Sequence record: LC768901.1
Length of the DNA: 32,000 bases
Reading direction: 5' to 3' (one strand)
Part shown: piece after piece, positions 15,215 to 24,353 of the stretch
How positions within the stretch are numbered: position 1 is the first letter of the stretch
Layout: each line of letters opens with the position of its first letter
The notes under the pieces: generated by a model
Seen by the model: the letters and a program-made list of their open reading frames with translations, nothing else
The model's database searches: none
Told to the model about the DNA's origin: nothing
Made by a program: the position numbers and the translations under genes

Positions 15215-15288
15215 GGGGATATAGCTCAGTTGGTAGTAGCGCTGCTTTTGCAAGGCAGATGTCAGCGGTTCGAGTCCGCTTATCTCCA
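15215..15288 (+). tRNA. trnA: tRNA-Ala(UGC), intronless
   Basis: GGGGATATAGCTCAGTTGGTAGTAGCGCTGCTTTTGCAAGGCAG...GGTTCGAGTCCGCTTATCTCCA, anticodon loop TTTGCAA. It has one extra T in the D-arm relative to the usual GGTAGAGCGC. Confidence 0.9.
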
Positions 15289-15325
15289 AAATTCTATCAA
15301 AAAAAAAATTAAGTAATAAAATAAA

Positions 15326-15415
15326 CGGAGAAAGAGGGATTTGAACCCTCGGTATTATAAAAAATAATACAACAGATTAGCAATCGGTCGCTTTCAACCA
15401 CTCAGCCATTTCTCC
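15326..15415 (-). tRNA. trnS: tRNA-Ser(GCU)
   Basis: The reverse complement reads GGAGAAATGGCTGAGTGGTTGAAAGCG..., anticodon loop TTGCTAA. It has a long variable arm (GTATTAT/ATAATAC) and T-arm GAGGGTTCAAATCCCTC. Confidence 0.9.
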
Positions 15416-15487
15416 AAAGATTAGGTTCCTATAAACTCTATCTTTTAATTATTTTTAATAACTAAAAAATAGAGCCGTTCGTTTGCT

Positions 15488-16084
15488 TTATGTTTTTGAA
15501 TAATATTCAATAACTAATAGTTCATTTAACTCGAGAAGTACATCTGATCTCGGAATTATGTTTTTGATTTGAGCTGACATTTTAGTGCTCTCAATAGATA
15601 AAAAGGATGGGATTTTTGATAAATCTAAATTCATCATATTTTTTTTAGGTATCATTGAATTTGGTGAAAATTCAATGATATCATTAATTTTACATTGATA
15701 GCTTGGGATTGTAACTTTCTTTTGATTCACTCTAATATGTTGATGGGTGATTAATTGACGTCCTGAATTAATTGTTTTTGCAAAGCCCAATCGATAAAGA
15801 ATATTATCTAATCGCATTTCTAATAATTCTAATAAAACTTGAGCCGTTGAACGAGAGTTTTTTCGCGCTTTTTTTAAATAGGAAAACAATTGTTTTTCAC
15901 TAACGCCATAATTATAACGTAATTTTTGCTTTTCTAATAGGCGAATAGCGTATTGAGATGGTTTTGTATTCTGGCGACCATGTTGACCAGGGGGGTTTTT
16001 TTTATTAGAAACTTTTGAAGTTAATCCTGGTAATACACCTAATCGACGAATGATTTTTAATTTTGGACCTCGATAACGGGACAT
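15488..16084 (-). CDS. rps4: ribosomal protein S4
   Basis: 198 aa: [24 protein letters not shown]... Confidence 0.94.
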   Translation of the reverse strand: MSRYRGPKLKIIRRLGVLPGLTSKVSNKKNPPGQHGRQNTKPSQYAIRLLEKQKLRYNYGVSEKQLFSYLKKARKNSRSTAQVLLELLEMRLDNILYRLGFAKTINSGRQLITHQHIRVNQKKVTIPSYQCKINDIIEFSPNSMIPKKNMMNLDLSKIPSFLSIESTKMSAQIKNIIPRSDVLLELNELLVIEYYSKT

Positions 16085-16249
16085 ATGGGAAATTTTTAAA
16101 ACATTGATAAAACTATTGATCTATATTAAAGAAAAATATAAAAAACGTCAATAAAAATAAATATTTTTTATGATTACATAAAAACCTTTACTTTTATTGA
16201 TGAATACTTTAGAATTATAGTACAAAATAACTAAACCATAAGCGACCTT

Positions 16250-16321
16250 GGGTTACTAACTCAATGGTAGAGTACTCGGCTTTTAACCGATAAGCTCTGG
16301 GTTCGAGTCCCAGGTAACCCA
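16250..16321 (+). tRNA. trnK: tRNA-Lys(UUU), intronless (no matK)
   Basis: GGGTTACTAACTCAATGGTAGAGTACTCGGCTTTTAACCGA..., T-arm CTGGGTTCGAGTCCCAG. Confidence 0.92.
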
Positions 16322-16358
16322 TAAGAGTTTAGGTTAAAAAAGTAATATACAACAGTCT

Positions 16359-16429
16359 GCAATACTAGTGTAATGGTAGCCCGTCTGATTGCCATTCAGA
16401 AAGCAGGGGTTCGATTCCCCTGTATTGCT
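16359..16429 (+). tRNA. trnG: tRNA-Gly(GCC)
   Basis: Acceptor GCAATAC/GTATTGC, anticodon stem TCTGA/TCAGA with loop TTGCCAT, T-arm AGGGGTTCGATTCCCCT. The D-stem is weak. Confidence 0.8.
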
Positions 16430-16434
16430 TATTC

Positions 16435-16480
16435 TTTTACCAATTATAGGGGAAATTAAGTTTCCCTATAATTGGTAAAA
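16435..16480. terminator. 17-bp perfect stem-loop between the convergent trnG and petD genes
   Basis: TTTTACCAATTATAGGG ... CCCTATAATTGGTAAAA. Confidence 0.55.
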
Positions 16481-16490
16481 ATTATTATTA

Positions 16491-16973
16491 TTAAAATAAA
16501 CCGAGTGTTAATGAAATATCAATAGGTAATGTAGCACCAATACCTAACCAAATGGCCACAACGGTACCTAATAAAAAGACCGTTGTTGCTACTGGACGAC
16601 GGAAAGGGTTTTGAAATTTATTAATATTTTCTATAAATGGCACCGTAATTAGACCTAAAGGAACGGCGGTCATTAATAATACTCCTAATAATTTGTTTGG
16701 TACGGTTCTTAATATTTGGAAAACTGGATAAAAGTACCATTCTGGTAAAATTTCTAGTGGTGTTGCAAACGGATTTGCTGGTTCGCCTATAGCTGCGGGG
16801 TCTAAAACAGCAAGACCAATCACAGCGGCAAAAGATCCAAAAATGCATACAGGAAAGATATATAATAAATCATTAGGCCAAGCGGGTTCGCCATAATAAT
16901 TATGGCCCATACCTTTAGCTAATTTGGCTCTTAAATATGGATCTGATAAATCGGGTTTTTTTGTTACTGCCAT
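16491..16973 (-). CDS. petD: cytochrome b6/f complex subunit IV
   Basis: 160 aa, uninterrupted: [42 protein letters not shown]... Confidence 0.96.
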   Translation of the reverse strand: MAVTKKPDLSDPYLRAKLAKGMGHNYYGEPAWPNDLLYIFPVCIFGSFAAVIGLAVLDPAAIGEPANPFATPLEILPEWYFYPVFQILRTVPNKLLGVLLMTAVPLGLITVPFIENINKFQNPFRRPVATTVFLLGTVVAIWLGIGATLPIDISLTLGLF

Positions 16974-17019
16974 AATAAATATTTTTAATTTTATAATTAA
17001 TTTAAAAAAAAGCTAAAAT

Positions 17020-17667
17020 TTAAAGGGGTCCTGAAATTCCTTGTTTTCGAATCATTAAGAAATGCATCAGCATAAATACGGCCGTTAAAAGAGGTAATAA
17101 AAAGGTATGTAAACTATAAAAACGAGTTAATGTAGCTTGACCAACACCGACACCTCCTCGTAATAATTCTACAATGAAGCCACCGATAGAAGGAATCGCA
17201 TCAGGAACACCTGTTACAATTTTCACGGCCCAATAACCTACTTGATCCCATGGTAATGAATAACCTGTTACACCGAAAGATACTGTACAAATAGCCATAA
17301 TAACTCCTGTTACCCAAGTTAATTCACGTGGCTTTTTAAAACCTCCCGTTAAATACACACGGAAAACATGTAAAACCATCATTAAAACCATCATACTCGC
17401 AGACCAACGATGAATCGAACGTATTAACCAACCAAAATTCACATCGGTCATAATATATTGTACAGATTCAAACGCTTCTGCTACAGTCGGACGGTAATAA
17501 AAAGTCATTGCGAAGCCTGTCGCAACCTGTACTAAAAATAATGTAAAAGTGATACCACCTAAACAATAAAAAATATTTACATGTGGTGGTACATACTTAC
17601 TGGTGATGTCATCGGCGATTGATTGAATTTCTAGGCGCTCTTCGAACCAATCATATACTTTTCCCAT
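17020..17667 (-). CDS. petB: cytochrome b6
   Basis: 215 aa, uninterrupted: [41 protein letters not shown]... Confidence 0.96.
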   Translation of the reverse strand: MGKVYDWFEERLEIQSIADDITSKYVPPHVNIFYCLGGITFTLFLVQVATGFAMTFYYRPTVAEAFESVQYIMTDVNFGWLIRSIHRWSASMMVLMMVLHVFRVYLTGGFKKPRELTWVTGVIMAICTVSFGVTGYSLPWDQVGYWAVKIVTGVPDAIPSIGGFIVELLRGGVGVGQATLTRFYSLHTFLLPLLTAVFMLMHFLMIRKQGISGPL

Positions 17668-17765
17668 ATTTAATTTTTTTTATTTTTCTCACAATTAAGC
17701 TAAGTTTTTATCCATTTCTAGAATATCTTTTAAATTTTATTATATATTTTACAAAAAAGCATTTC

Positions 17766-18068
17766 TTACCAGGAAGATTTAACAACCCCAGGAAAAAATC
17801 CTTGATGCGCAAACTCTCGAATTAAATGTCTAGAAAGCCCAAAAAATCTAAAAAATCCTTTTGGTCTACCCGTGACTAAACAACGATTATGTAATCGAAC
17901 ACTACTCGAATTTACGGGCAACTTTTGTAATTTTAAGTGCCAGTATAATTTTTGCTCAAGTTTGGTATTGGTGCTAATTTTATTTTTAATCGATTTTCTT
18001 TTTAAATAATATTTTTCATATAATAATTGTCTTTTTTTTTGTCTTTGTATAAGAGCTTTACGTGCCAT
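17766..18068 (-). CDS. rps14: ribosomal protein S14
   Basis: [14 protein letters not shown]...[42 protein letters not shown] (100 aa). I use the internal ATG at 18068 because the longer ORF runs into trnR. Confidence 0.92.
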   Translation of the reverse strand: MARKALIQRQKKRQLLYEKYYLKRKSIKNKISTNTKLEQKLYWHLKLQKLPVNSSSVRLHNRCLVTGRPKGFFRFFGLSRHLIREFAHQGFFPGVVKSSW

Positions 18069-18089
18069 ATGTATATATATTTTTTTTAT

Positions 18090-18161
18090 TGAGCTCAGAA
18101 GGATTCGAACCTTCATTCTCAACTTAGAAGGTTGGTGTCGTATCCATTAGACGATGAGCCC
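18090..18161 (-). tRNA. trnR: tRNA-Arg(UCU)
   Basis: The reverse complement reads GGGCTCATCGTCTAATGGATACGACACCAACCTTCTAAGTTG...GAAGGTTCGAATCCTTCTGAGCTCA, anticodon loop CTTCTAA. Confidence 0.88.
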
Positions 18162-18253
18162 AAATATTTGCTCATTTCCTCAACATATTCTAACATAAAT
18201 TCTATTTTATGCAACATTTTATAAAAAAAAAAAATAACGTAAAATAAAAAATT

Positions 18254-18283
18254 TTGCGTTATCAAAAAATTATTTGCTATAAT
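18254..18283 (+). promoter_or_regulatory. candidate sigma70-type promoter for atpB-atpE
   Basis: TTGCGT (18254-18259), an 18-nt spacer, then TATAAT (18278-18283), about 85 nt upstream of the atpB ATG. A second, weaker candidate is TTGCTC-17-TAACAT at 18168-18196. Confidence 0.3.
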
Positions 18284-18313
18284 AAACTATAATAAAAAAA
18301 AATTGTTCAATAA

Positions 18314-19816
<1,503 letters not shown>

Positions 19817-19872
19817 GATCTTTATAAGCCCTATTTAAAAAATCATCTATTAAAAATATAATAGAATTTATT

Positions 19873-20265
19873 ATGATATTAAAAGTCTGTATAATTACAC
19901 CAGATCGAATTTTTTTAAATGAGCAAGTAGAAGAAATCATTTTACCAACAAATACGGGTCAAATGGGCATATTATCAAATCATGCTCCAATAATTACTGC
20001 ATTAGATATTGGCGTTATGTTAATTCGAAATAAGAAAGAATGGAACCCTATAGTATTAATGGGGGGGTTTGCATTAGTCAAACAAAATCAAGTTACAGTT
20101 TTGGTAAATGAAGCAGAATCTGAAAAAACTATAGATAAAGCTGAGGCAGAGAAAAATTTTATTACAGCTAAACAAAATTTTGAACAAGCTACTAGTGCTA
20201 AACAAAAAGTAGAAACAAATTTTATCTATAAAAGAGCTCGAGCTCGCTATCAAGCTGTCCAATAA
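19873..20265 (+). CDS. atpE: ATP synthase CF1 epsilon subunit
   Basis: 130 aa: LKVCIITPDRIFLNEQVEEIILPTNTGQMGILSNHAPIITALDIGVM... It is separated from atpB by 56 nt with no overlap. Confidence 0.92.
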   Translation: MILKVCIITPDRIFLNEQVEEIILPTNTGQMGILSNHAPIITALDIGVMLIRNKKEWNPIVLMGGFALVKQNQVTVLVNEAESEKTIDKAEAEKNFITAKQNFEQATSAKQKVETNFIYKRARARYQAVQ

Positions 20266-20270
20266 TCAAT

Positions 20271-20312
20271 AACGTATTGTTTTGTGATCTTTATTACAAA
20301 ACAATACGTTAA
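20271..20312 (+). terminator. 16-bp stem-loop after atpE, followed by an A17 tract
   Basis: TAACGTATTGTTTTGT ... ACAAAACAATACGTTA. The A-run extends to the cemA ATG. Confidence 0.55.
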
Positions 20313-20327
20313 AAAAAAAAAAAAAAA

Positions 20328-21245
20328 ATGAAAAAGCAAAAATTACCTAAAAATTTTTCATCACGTGCTTTTGAAAAAATAGGTCTTATTCCAAGATCTA
20401 TTATCCGCACATTTAATCGTTTTTTAAAACAGTTATTTGAAACAAATAACGCGAAAGGGGTAGCACCAAGCTTCGTTTTGTACGAATTTCAAATCTCTCG
20501 GTATCAAACAATAGCATCTTTAAAATGTTTCATTAATTTAATTTTTTTTCCGTATTTATTTCATTTTTTAGTTCAAAAAACGATTATTTATCCAATTTTT
20601 GAATATGAATGGAATCAAATACCTATACGGATGACCATGAATTCTTTAGAGCAAGAAAAAATTTATCATCAATTAAATAATTTTGATGAACAATTTTTCT
20701 TTGATGAATTACTCAACTTTCATTCGAATTTGGATAATTTAAAAAATTCTACAAAAAAACAATCTTCGGAAAATTTTAATCCTATAACAAAGAATCATTT
20801 CCGTACTTCAGAAAATTATAAAACTTTTTTAATCAAATTAGCTGAAAAGAGAAATCAAGATTGGCTATTTTTAGGCTCAAATATTATCAGCGATTGTCTT
20901 ACTTTTTTTGTATTTTTAAAACTTTTATTTTTATCAACTCCTCAATTAATTATTTTAAAATCTTTTTTGATAGAATCTATTTATGGTCTGAATGACACTA
21001 CTAAATCCTTTTTTCTTATTTTAGGAACAGACCTATTAGTAGGATTTCATTCCTCAAAAGGTTGGGAATTATTTATGGAAAATTTTCTTTCTCATTTTGG
21101 CTTTTCGGCGGATAAAGATTTTATCTTTTTATTTGTTTCTACTTTTCCAGTAATCTTAGACACGATATTTAAATATTGGATTTTTCGGTATTTGAATAAA
21201 ATTTCGCCTTCAACCGTTGCTACATACCAAAACATGCTGGAATAG
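20328..21245 (+). CDS. cemA: chloroplast envelope membrane protein (ycf10)
   Basis: The C-terminus ...GFHSSKGWELFMENFLSHFGF...VSTFPVILDTIFKYWIFRYLNKISPSTVATYQNM is the conserved CemA core. The N-terminal extension and the true start are uncertain. Confidence 0.88.
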   Translation: MKKQKLPKNFSSRAFEKIGLIPRSIIRTFNRFLKQLFETNNAKGVAPSFVLYEFQISRYQTIASLKCFINLIFFPYLFHFLVQKTIIYPIFEYEWNQIPIRMTMNSLEQEKIYHQLNNFDEQFFFDELLNFHSNLDNLKNSTKKQSSENFNPITKNHFRTSENYKTFLIKLAEKRNQDWLFLGSNIISDCLTFFVFLKLLFLSTPQLIILKSFLIESIYGLNDTTKSFFLILGTDLLVGFHSSKGWELFMENFLSHFGFSADKDFIFLFVSTFPVILDTIFKYWIFRYLNKISPSTVATYQNMLE

Positions 21246-21308
21246 TTAATTTTTTATATAAGAAGTCCTATCATAGTAAAAAGACTTCTTATATAAAAAA
21301 TTAACTAT
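21242..21308. terminator. 26-bp perfect stem-loop shared by the convergent cemA and psaM genes
   Basis: 21242-21267 pairs with 21283-21308. The left arm contains the cemA TAG, and the right arm contains the psaM stop plus its last codons. Confidence 0.65.
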
Positions 21309-21399
21309 TGTATAACGTACTGCCTAATCTTAATGCAAGGAATCCATTGATTAATGCTAAAAAAATAGCTATAAAAATTTGACTTTCGGATATTGACAT
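21301..21399 (-). CDS. psaM: photosystem I subunit XII
   Basis: Hand translation: MSISESQIFIAIFLALINGFLALRLGSTLYNS*. Confidence 0.85.
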   Translation of the reverse strand: MSISESQIFIAIFLALINGFLALRLGSTLYNS

Positions 21400-21470
21400 A
21401 AGCTTTTTTTATAGATGACCAAATTTACTTTAAAAATTAAAAAAAAATTTTTGGAAGATATTAAAAAACA

Positions 21471-21572
21471 TTATAAATTTCCATCACGACTTGCCAATAG
21501 AACAATAACTAAAGGACCCGCAGCTAAAACTACAAGAAGAGCTAATAATTGAAAAATAACTTCAAGATTCAT
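21471..21572 (-). CDS. ycf12: photosystem II protein Psb30
   Basis: Hand translation: MNLEVIFQLLALLVVLAAGPLVIVLLASRDGNL*. Confidence 0.87.
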   Translation of the reverse strand: MNLEVIFQLLALLVVLAAGPLVIVLLASRDGNL

Positions 21573-21677
21573 TGAAAAAGTATTAAAAATTAAAATAAAT
21601 TTATTATCAAAATTATTATCGAATTCTTTTATAAGTAATATTAAACACCCGAATTTGGGGATTATTTGAAAAATAGC

Positions 21678-21809
21678 CTAACGGAAACTTACTGAAGCTT
21701 GCCATACAAAAGCTAAAAGAAGAAATAATACAGGAATTACAGGTAAAACATCTACAAGTGGATCAAAAGGTGCGTAAGCTTCTGGTAATTTTGAAATTAT
21801 AATTTCCAT
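21678..21809 (-). CDS. psbK: photosystem II protein K
   Basis: Hand translation: [43 protein letters not shown]. Confidence 0.92.
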   Translation of the reverse strand: MEIIISKLPEAYAPFDPLVDVLPVIPVLFLLLAFVWQASVSFR

Positions 21810-21998
21810 AAGTAATATGCCATTCGTTATTATATAAATAGAAAAATTAACCTAAATTAATATTTTCTGTAATTTACAGAAAAAAATGAATAAAAATAGA
21901 AAAAACTCCATTTTTACGGTTATTATAGCAAAGTTCCTGAAAAATTTTCACTAGAATTTACAAAAACGATTATTCGCAAATTCAAAATTTTTCAGAAA

Positions 21999-22133
21999 TT
22001 AATCTTCATGCTCTTCAAACGGATCACGGAGTTTTTCTGATGGAGGTCCGAAACCTATATAAATAGAATAGCCAGTAATGCTTAATAGTAAACACCATAA
22101 TAAAATAGTTAGAAAAAAAGCAGAATTTTCCAT
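21999..22133 (-). CDS. psbN: photosystem II assembly protein PsbN
   Basis: Hand translation: [44 protein letters not shown]. Confidence 0.9.
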   Translation of the reverse strand: MENSAFFLTILLWCLLLSITGYSIYIGFGPPSEKLRDPFEEHED

Positions 22134-22162
22134 AAACAACGATTCAAATCAAAAAAAATTTA

Positions 22163-22236
22163 TAGCGGGAGTAGGATTCGAACCTACGACCTCAAGATTA
22201 TGAGCCTTGCGAGCTACCAAACTGCTCTATCCCGCG
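22163..22236 (-). tRNA. trnfM: initiator tRNA-fMet(CAU)
   Basis: The reverse complement reads CGCGGGATAGAGCAGTTTGGTAGCTCGCAAGGCTCATAATCTTGAGGTCGTAGGTTCGAATCCTACTCCCGCTA. The 1-72 position is unpaired, as is typical of initiators. Confidence 0.88.
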
Positions 22237-22274
22237 AAACCGATCATGAATAATGATAAACAAAAACAAAATAA

Positions 22275-22345
22275 AAGGAAACTAATTCAAAAGTGAGTTT
22301 ACGAGTTTAATAAACTCGTAAACTCACTTTTGAATTAGTTTCCTT
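22275..22345. repeat. 71-nt perfect palindrome (35-bp arms) at the psbI 3' end
   Basis: 22275-22309 pairs base for base with 22311-22345. The right arm overlaps the last 11 nt of psbI, including its stop. Confidence 0.8.
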
Positions 22346-22445
22346 GCCCAGGATTACGTCCAGGGTCATTTGAAAGAAATCCAAAAATAAATAATGAAAC
22401 AAAGAAAGTTACAACAATGTAAACAAAAATTTTAAGCGTTAACAT
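22335..22445 (-). CDS. psbI: photosystem II protein I
   Basis: Hand translation: [36 protein letters not shown]. Confidence 0.92.
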   Translation of the reverse strand: MLTLKIFVYIVVTFFVSLFIFGFLSNDPGRNPGQGN

Positions 22446-22534
22446 TTAATTTTAAAAATTTTGTTTTATAGGCTACCACTAACTGGGCGTTTATTTTTCG
22501 AACTAAGCATTCGCAAATTCTATAAATAAATCTT

Positions 22535-22762
22535 TTATTGTGCTAATGATTCCCAACTCATTGCAATATCATCGATTAAAACATCACTATTATAAATTTC
22601 TAAAATAATTACTAGAAAAACCGCAAAAAGTGCCATAAATACAGCCATTAAAACCGTTGTTCCCCAACCGGGAGCTACTTTACCGTATTCTGAATTTAAT
22701 GGACTTAATAGTGTGCCTAACCCCGTCACCATACCAGTATCTTTTCCAGAATTTTTTGGCAT
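22535..22762 (-). CDS. psbH: photosystem II phosphoprotein H
   Basis: 75 aa: ...[42 protein letters not shown]... Confidence 0.94.
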
Positions 22763-22822
22763 AAGAAAGAAATATTCATCATTAAATTTTTTATTTTCTA
22801 TAAAGGTTTTTTTTAGTGTTGA

Positions 22823-22893
22823 CTATTTGATAATACGTGGAGGTTCACGAAAAAATATTGAAAAGAATAAGATACCTAGTGTTCCAATTAATA
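22823..22893 (-). CDS. psbT: photosystem II protein T, exon 2 (junction +/-2 nt)
   Basis: The minus-strand frame reads (L)[22 protein letters not shown], closed upstream by an in-frame TAG at 22901-22903. Joined to exon 1 it gives a canonical 31-aa PsbT. Confidence 0.8.
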
Positions 22894-23323
22894 TTTTTTT
22901 CTAAATTTATCAGAAAAAATAAAACTAACTATGCAAATTTCTTTACGTATAGCTTTATTAATTTATTAAAAAGTTTATTATCCAAAAAAATGCGTCTTTC
23001 GACTTTTAATATAATTTTATTAGATATCTTTTTTATGTTTTTTTGAAAATTTTTTTAATAAGATCTGAGGTTCTATTAAAGTAAATTAATTTTTTTTAGT
23101 TATTTTTTACCCATTTTTAAAATAAAAAATAATTTAAATTCCTTATTTTTTTATTATAAAATTATAATAAAAATTTCCTAGATTTAATGTGTTTACCTAT
23201 TTTCTTATCGACGGATAATATTAAATATCAAACATTTAAAAAAATCCATTATTTTTTCTTAAAATCGACAAACCGATTTCAAAAAATAACACATATTAAA
23301 TTATCAAAAAAATCATTCCGCAA
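22894..23323 (-). other. ORF-less intervening sequence of about 430 nt in psbT; probably a degenerate mini group II intron
   Basis: It splits the conserved [15 protein letters not shown]. The 5' end reads UUGCG (compare GUGCG). A 34-nt domain V-like element at 22955-22922 has the AGC triad, a 5-bp inner helix and a GAAA loop in canonical register. A 10-bp hairpin occupies the domain VI position. Confidence 0.55.
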
Positions 23324-23348
23324 AAAATGTATAAACTAATGCTTCCAT
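23324..23348 (-). CDS. psbT: photosystem II protein T, exon 1
   Basis: ATG at 23348, 78 nt downstream of the psbB stop. It reads MEALVYTF and then runs into FAE-stop if read through. Confidence 0.8.
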
Positions 23349-23426
23349 ATGGGTATGCTCCTATTTTTATTATTTGTAAAAAATTTAATTTATGAAGTAA
23401 GTGAATAAGTTTTTAGGATAAGTTTT

Positions 23427-24353
23427 TTATACAGACTGTCGACGGGTACTTGTATCTCCAACTTTTTGAAAAGCTCCAAATTCAACTTGTTCATCCAAAT
23501 CTGTATCAATTCCAGCGAAAACATCTCGGAAAATTGTTCTTGCTCCATGCCAAATATGACCGAAAAAGAATAATAAACCAAAACATAAATGACCAAAAGT
23601 AAACCAACCTCGTGGACTACTTCTAAAAACACCATCGGATTGTAAAGTTGCTCGATCGAATTCGAAAATTTCTCCTAATTGTGAACGACGCGCATACTTT
23701 TTAACAGTTGATGGATCCGAGAAGGTTACCCCATCCAATTCACCACCATAAAAAGTTACAGAAACACCTACTTGCTCTATACTATATTTAGATTCCGCTC
23801 GTCGGAATGGTATATCAGCTCTAACAATACCGTCATCATCTAATAATACAACAGGAAATGTTTCAAAAAATGTTGGCATACGACGTACAGAAAGTTGTGT
23901 ACCATTTTTGTCTTTAAACACCGAATGACCTAACCAACCTACGGCGATACCATCTCCACTATTCATAGCTCCTGCTCTAAATAATCCACCTTTGGCTGGA
24001 TTATTACCGATATAATCATAGAAAGCTAATTTCTCAGGAATCTGACTCCAAGCTTCAGAAAGTGTTTTTCCGGAAGCTACGCTTTCTGAAACACGTTTTT
24101 CGATTTCATTTGCAAAAAAACCGTTATCCCACTGATAACGTGTTGGTCCAAATAATTCGATAGGAGTGGCCGCTGAACCATACCACATTGTTCCACAAAC
24201 CACAAAAGCTGACCAAAAAACGGCAGCAATACTACTCGATAATACAGTTTCAATATTTCCCATACTTAGAGCATTATATAAGCGTTGTGGTGGTCGAACA
24301 CATAGATGAAATAATCCTGCTAAAATACCTAAAATTCCGGCAGCAATATGATG
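23427..24353 (-). CDS. psbB: photosystem II CP47 protein, exon 2
   Basis: Starts [46 protein letters not shown]... The 308 codons plus 200 in exon 1 give the canonical 508 aa. Confidence 0.93.
   Translation of the reverse strand, partial: HHIAAGILGILAGLFHLCVRPPQRLYNALSMGNIETVLSSSIAAVFWSAFVVCGTMWYGSAATPIELFGPTRYQWDNGFFANEIEKRVSESVASGKTLSEAWSQIPEKLAFYDYIGNNPAKGGLFRAGAMNSGDGIAVGWLGHSVFKDKNGTQLSVRRMPTFFETFPVVLLDDDGIVRADIPFRRAESKYSIEQVGVSVTFYGGELDGVTFSDPSTVKKYARRSQLGEIFEFDRATLQSDGVFRSSPRGWFTFGHLCFGLLFFFGHIWHGARTIFRDVFAGIDTDLDEQVEFGAFQKVGDTSTRRQSV

Noticed and set aside
17619-17825. A plus-strand 68-aa ORF spanning the petB/rps14 spacer
   Set aside because: It overlaps the petB start and the rps14 3' end on the opposite strand, has low-complexity hydrophobic content, and is not supported as a gene.
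18069-18122. An 18-codon N-terminal extension of the rps14 ORF ([18 protein letters not shown])
   Set aside because: It overlaps trnR(UCU) at 18090-18161. The canonical S14 start [14 protein letters not shown] is the internal ATG at 18068.
22713-23046. Plus-strand ORFs 22713-22904 and 22837-23046, antisense to psbH, psbT exon 2 and the psbT insert
   Set aside because: They are low-complexity A/T-driven ORFs with a non-ATG start for the second one. They overlap psbH and psbT coding sequence on the other strand, and no motif is recognisable.
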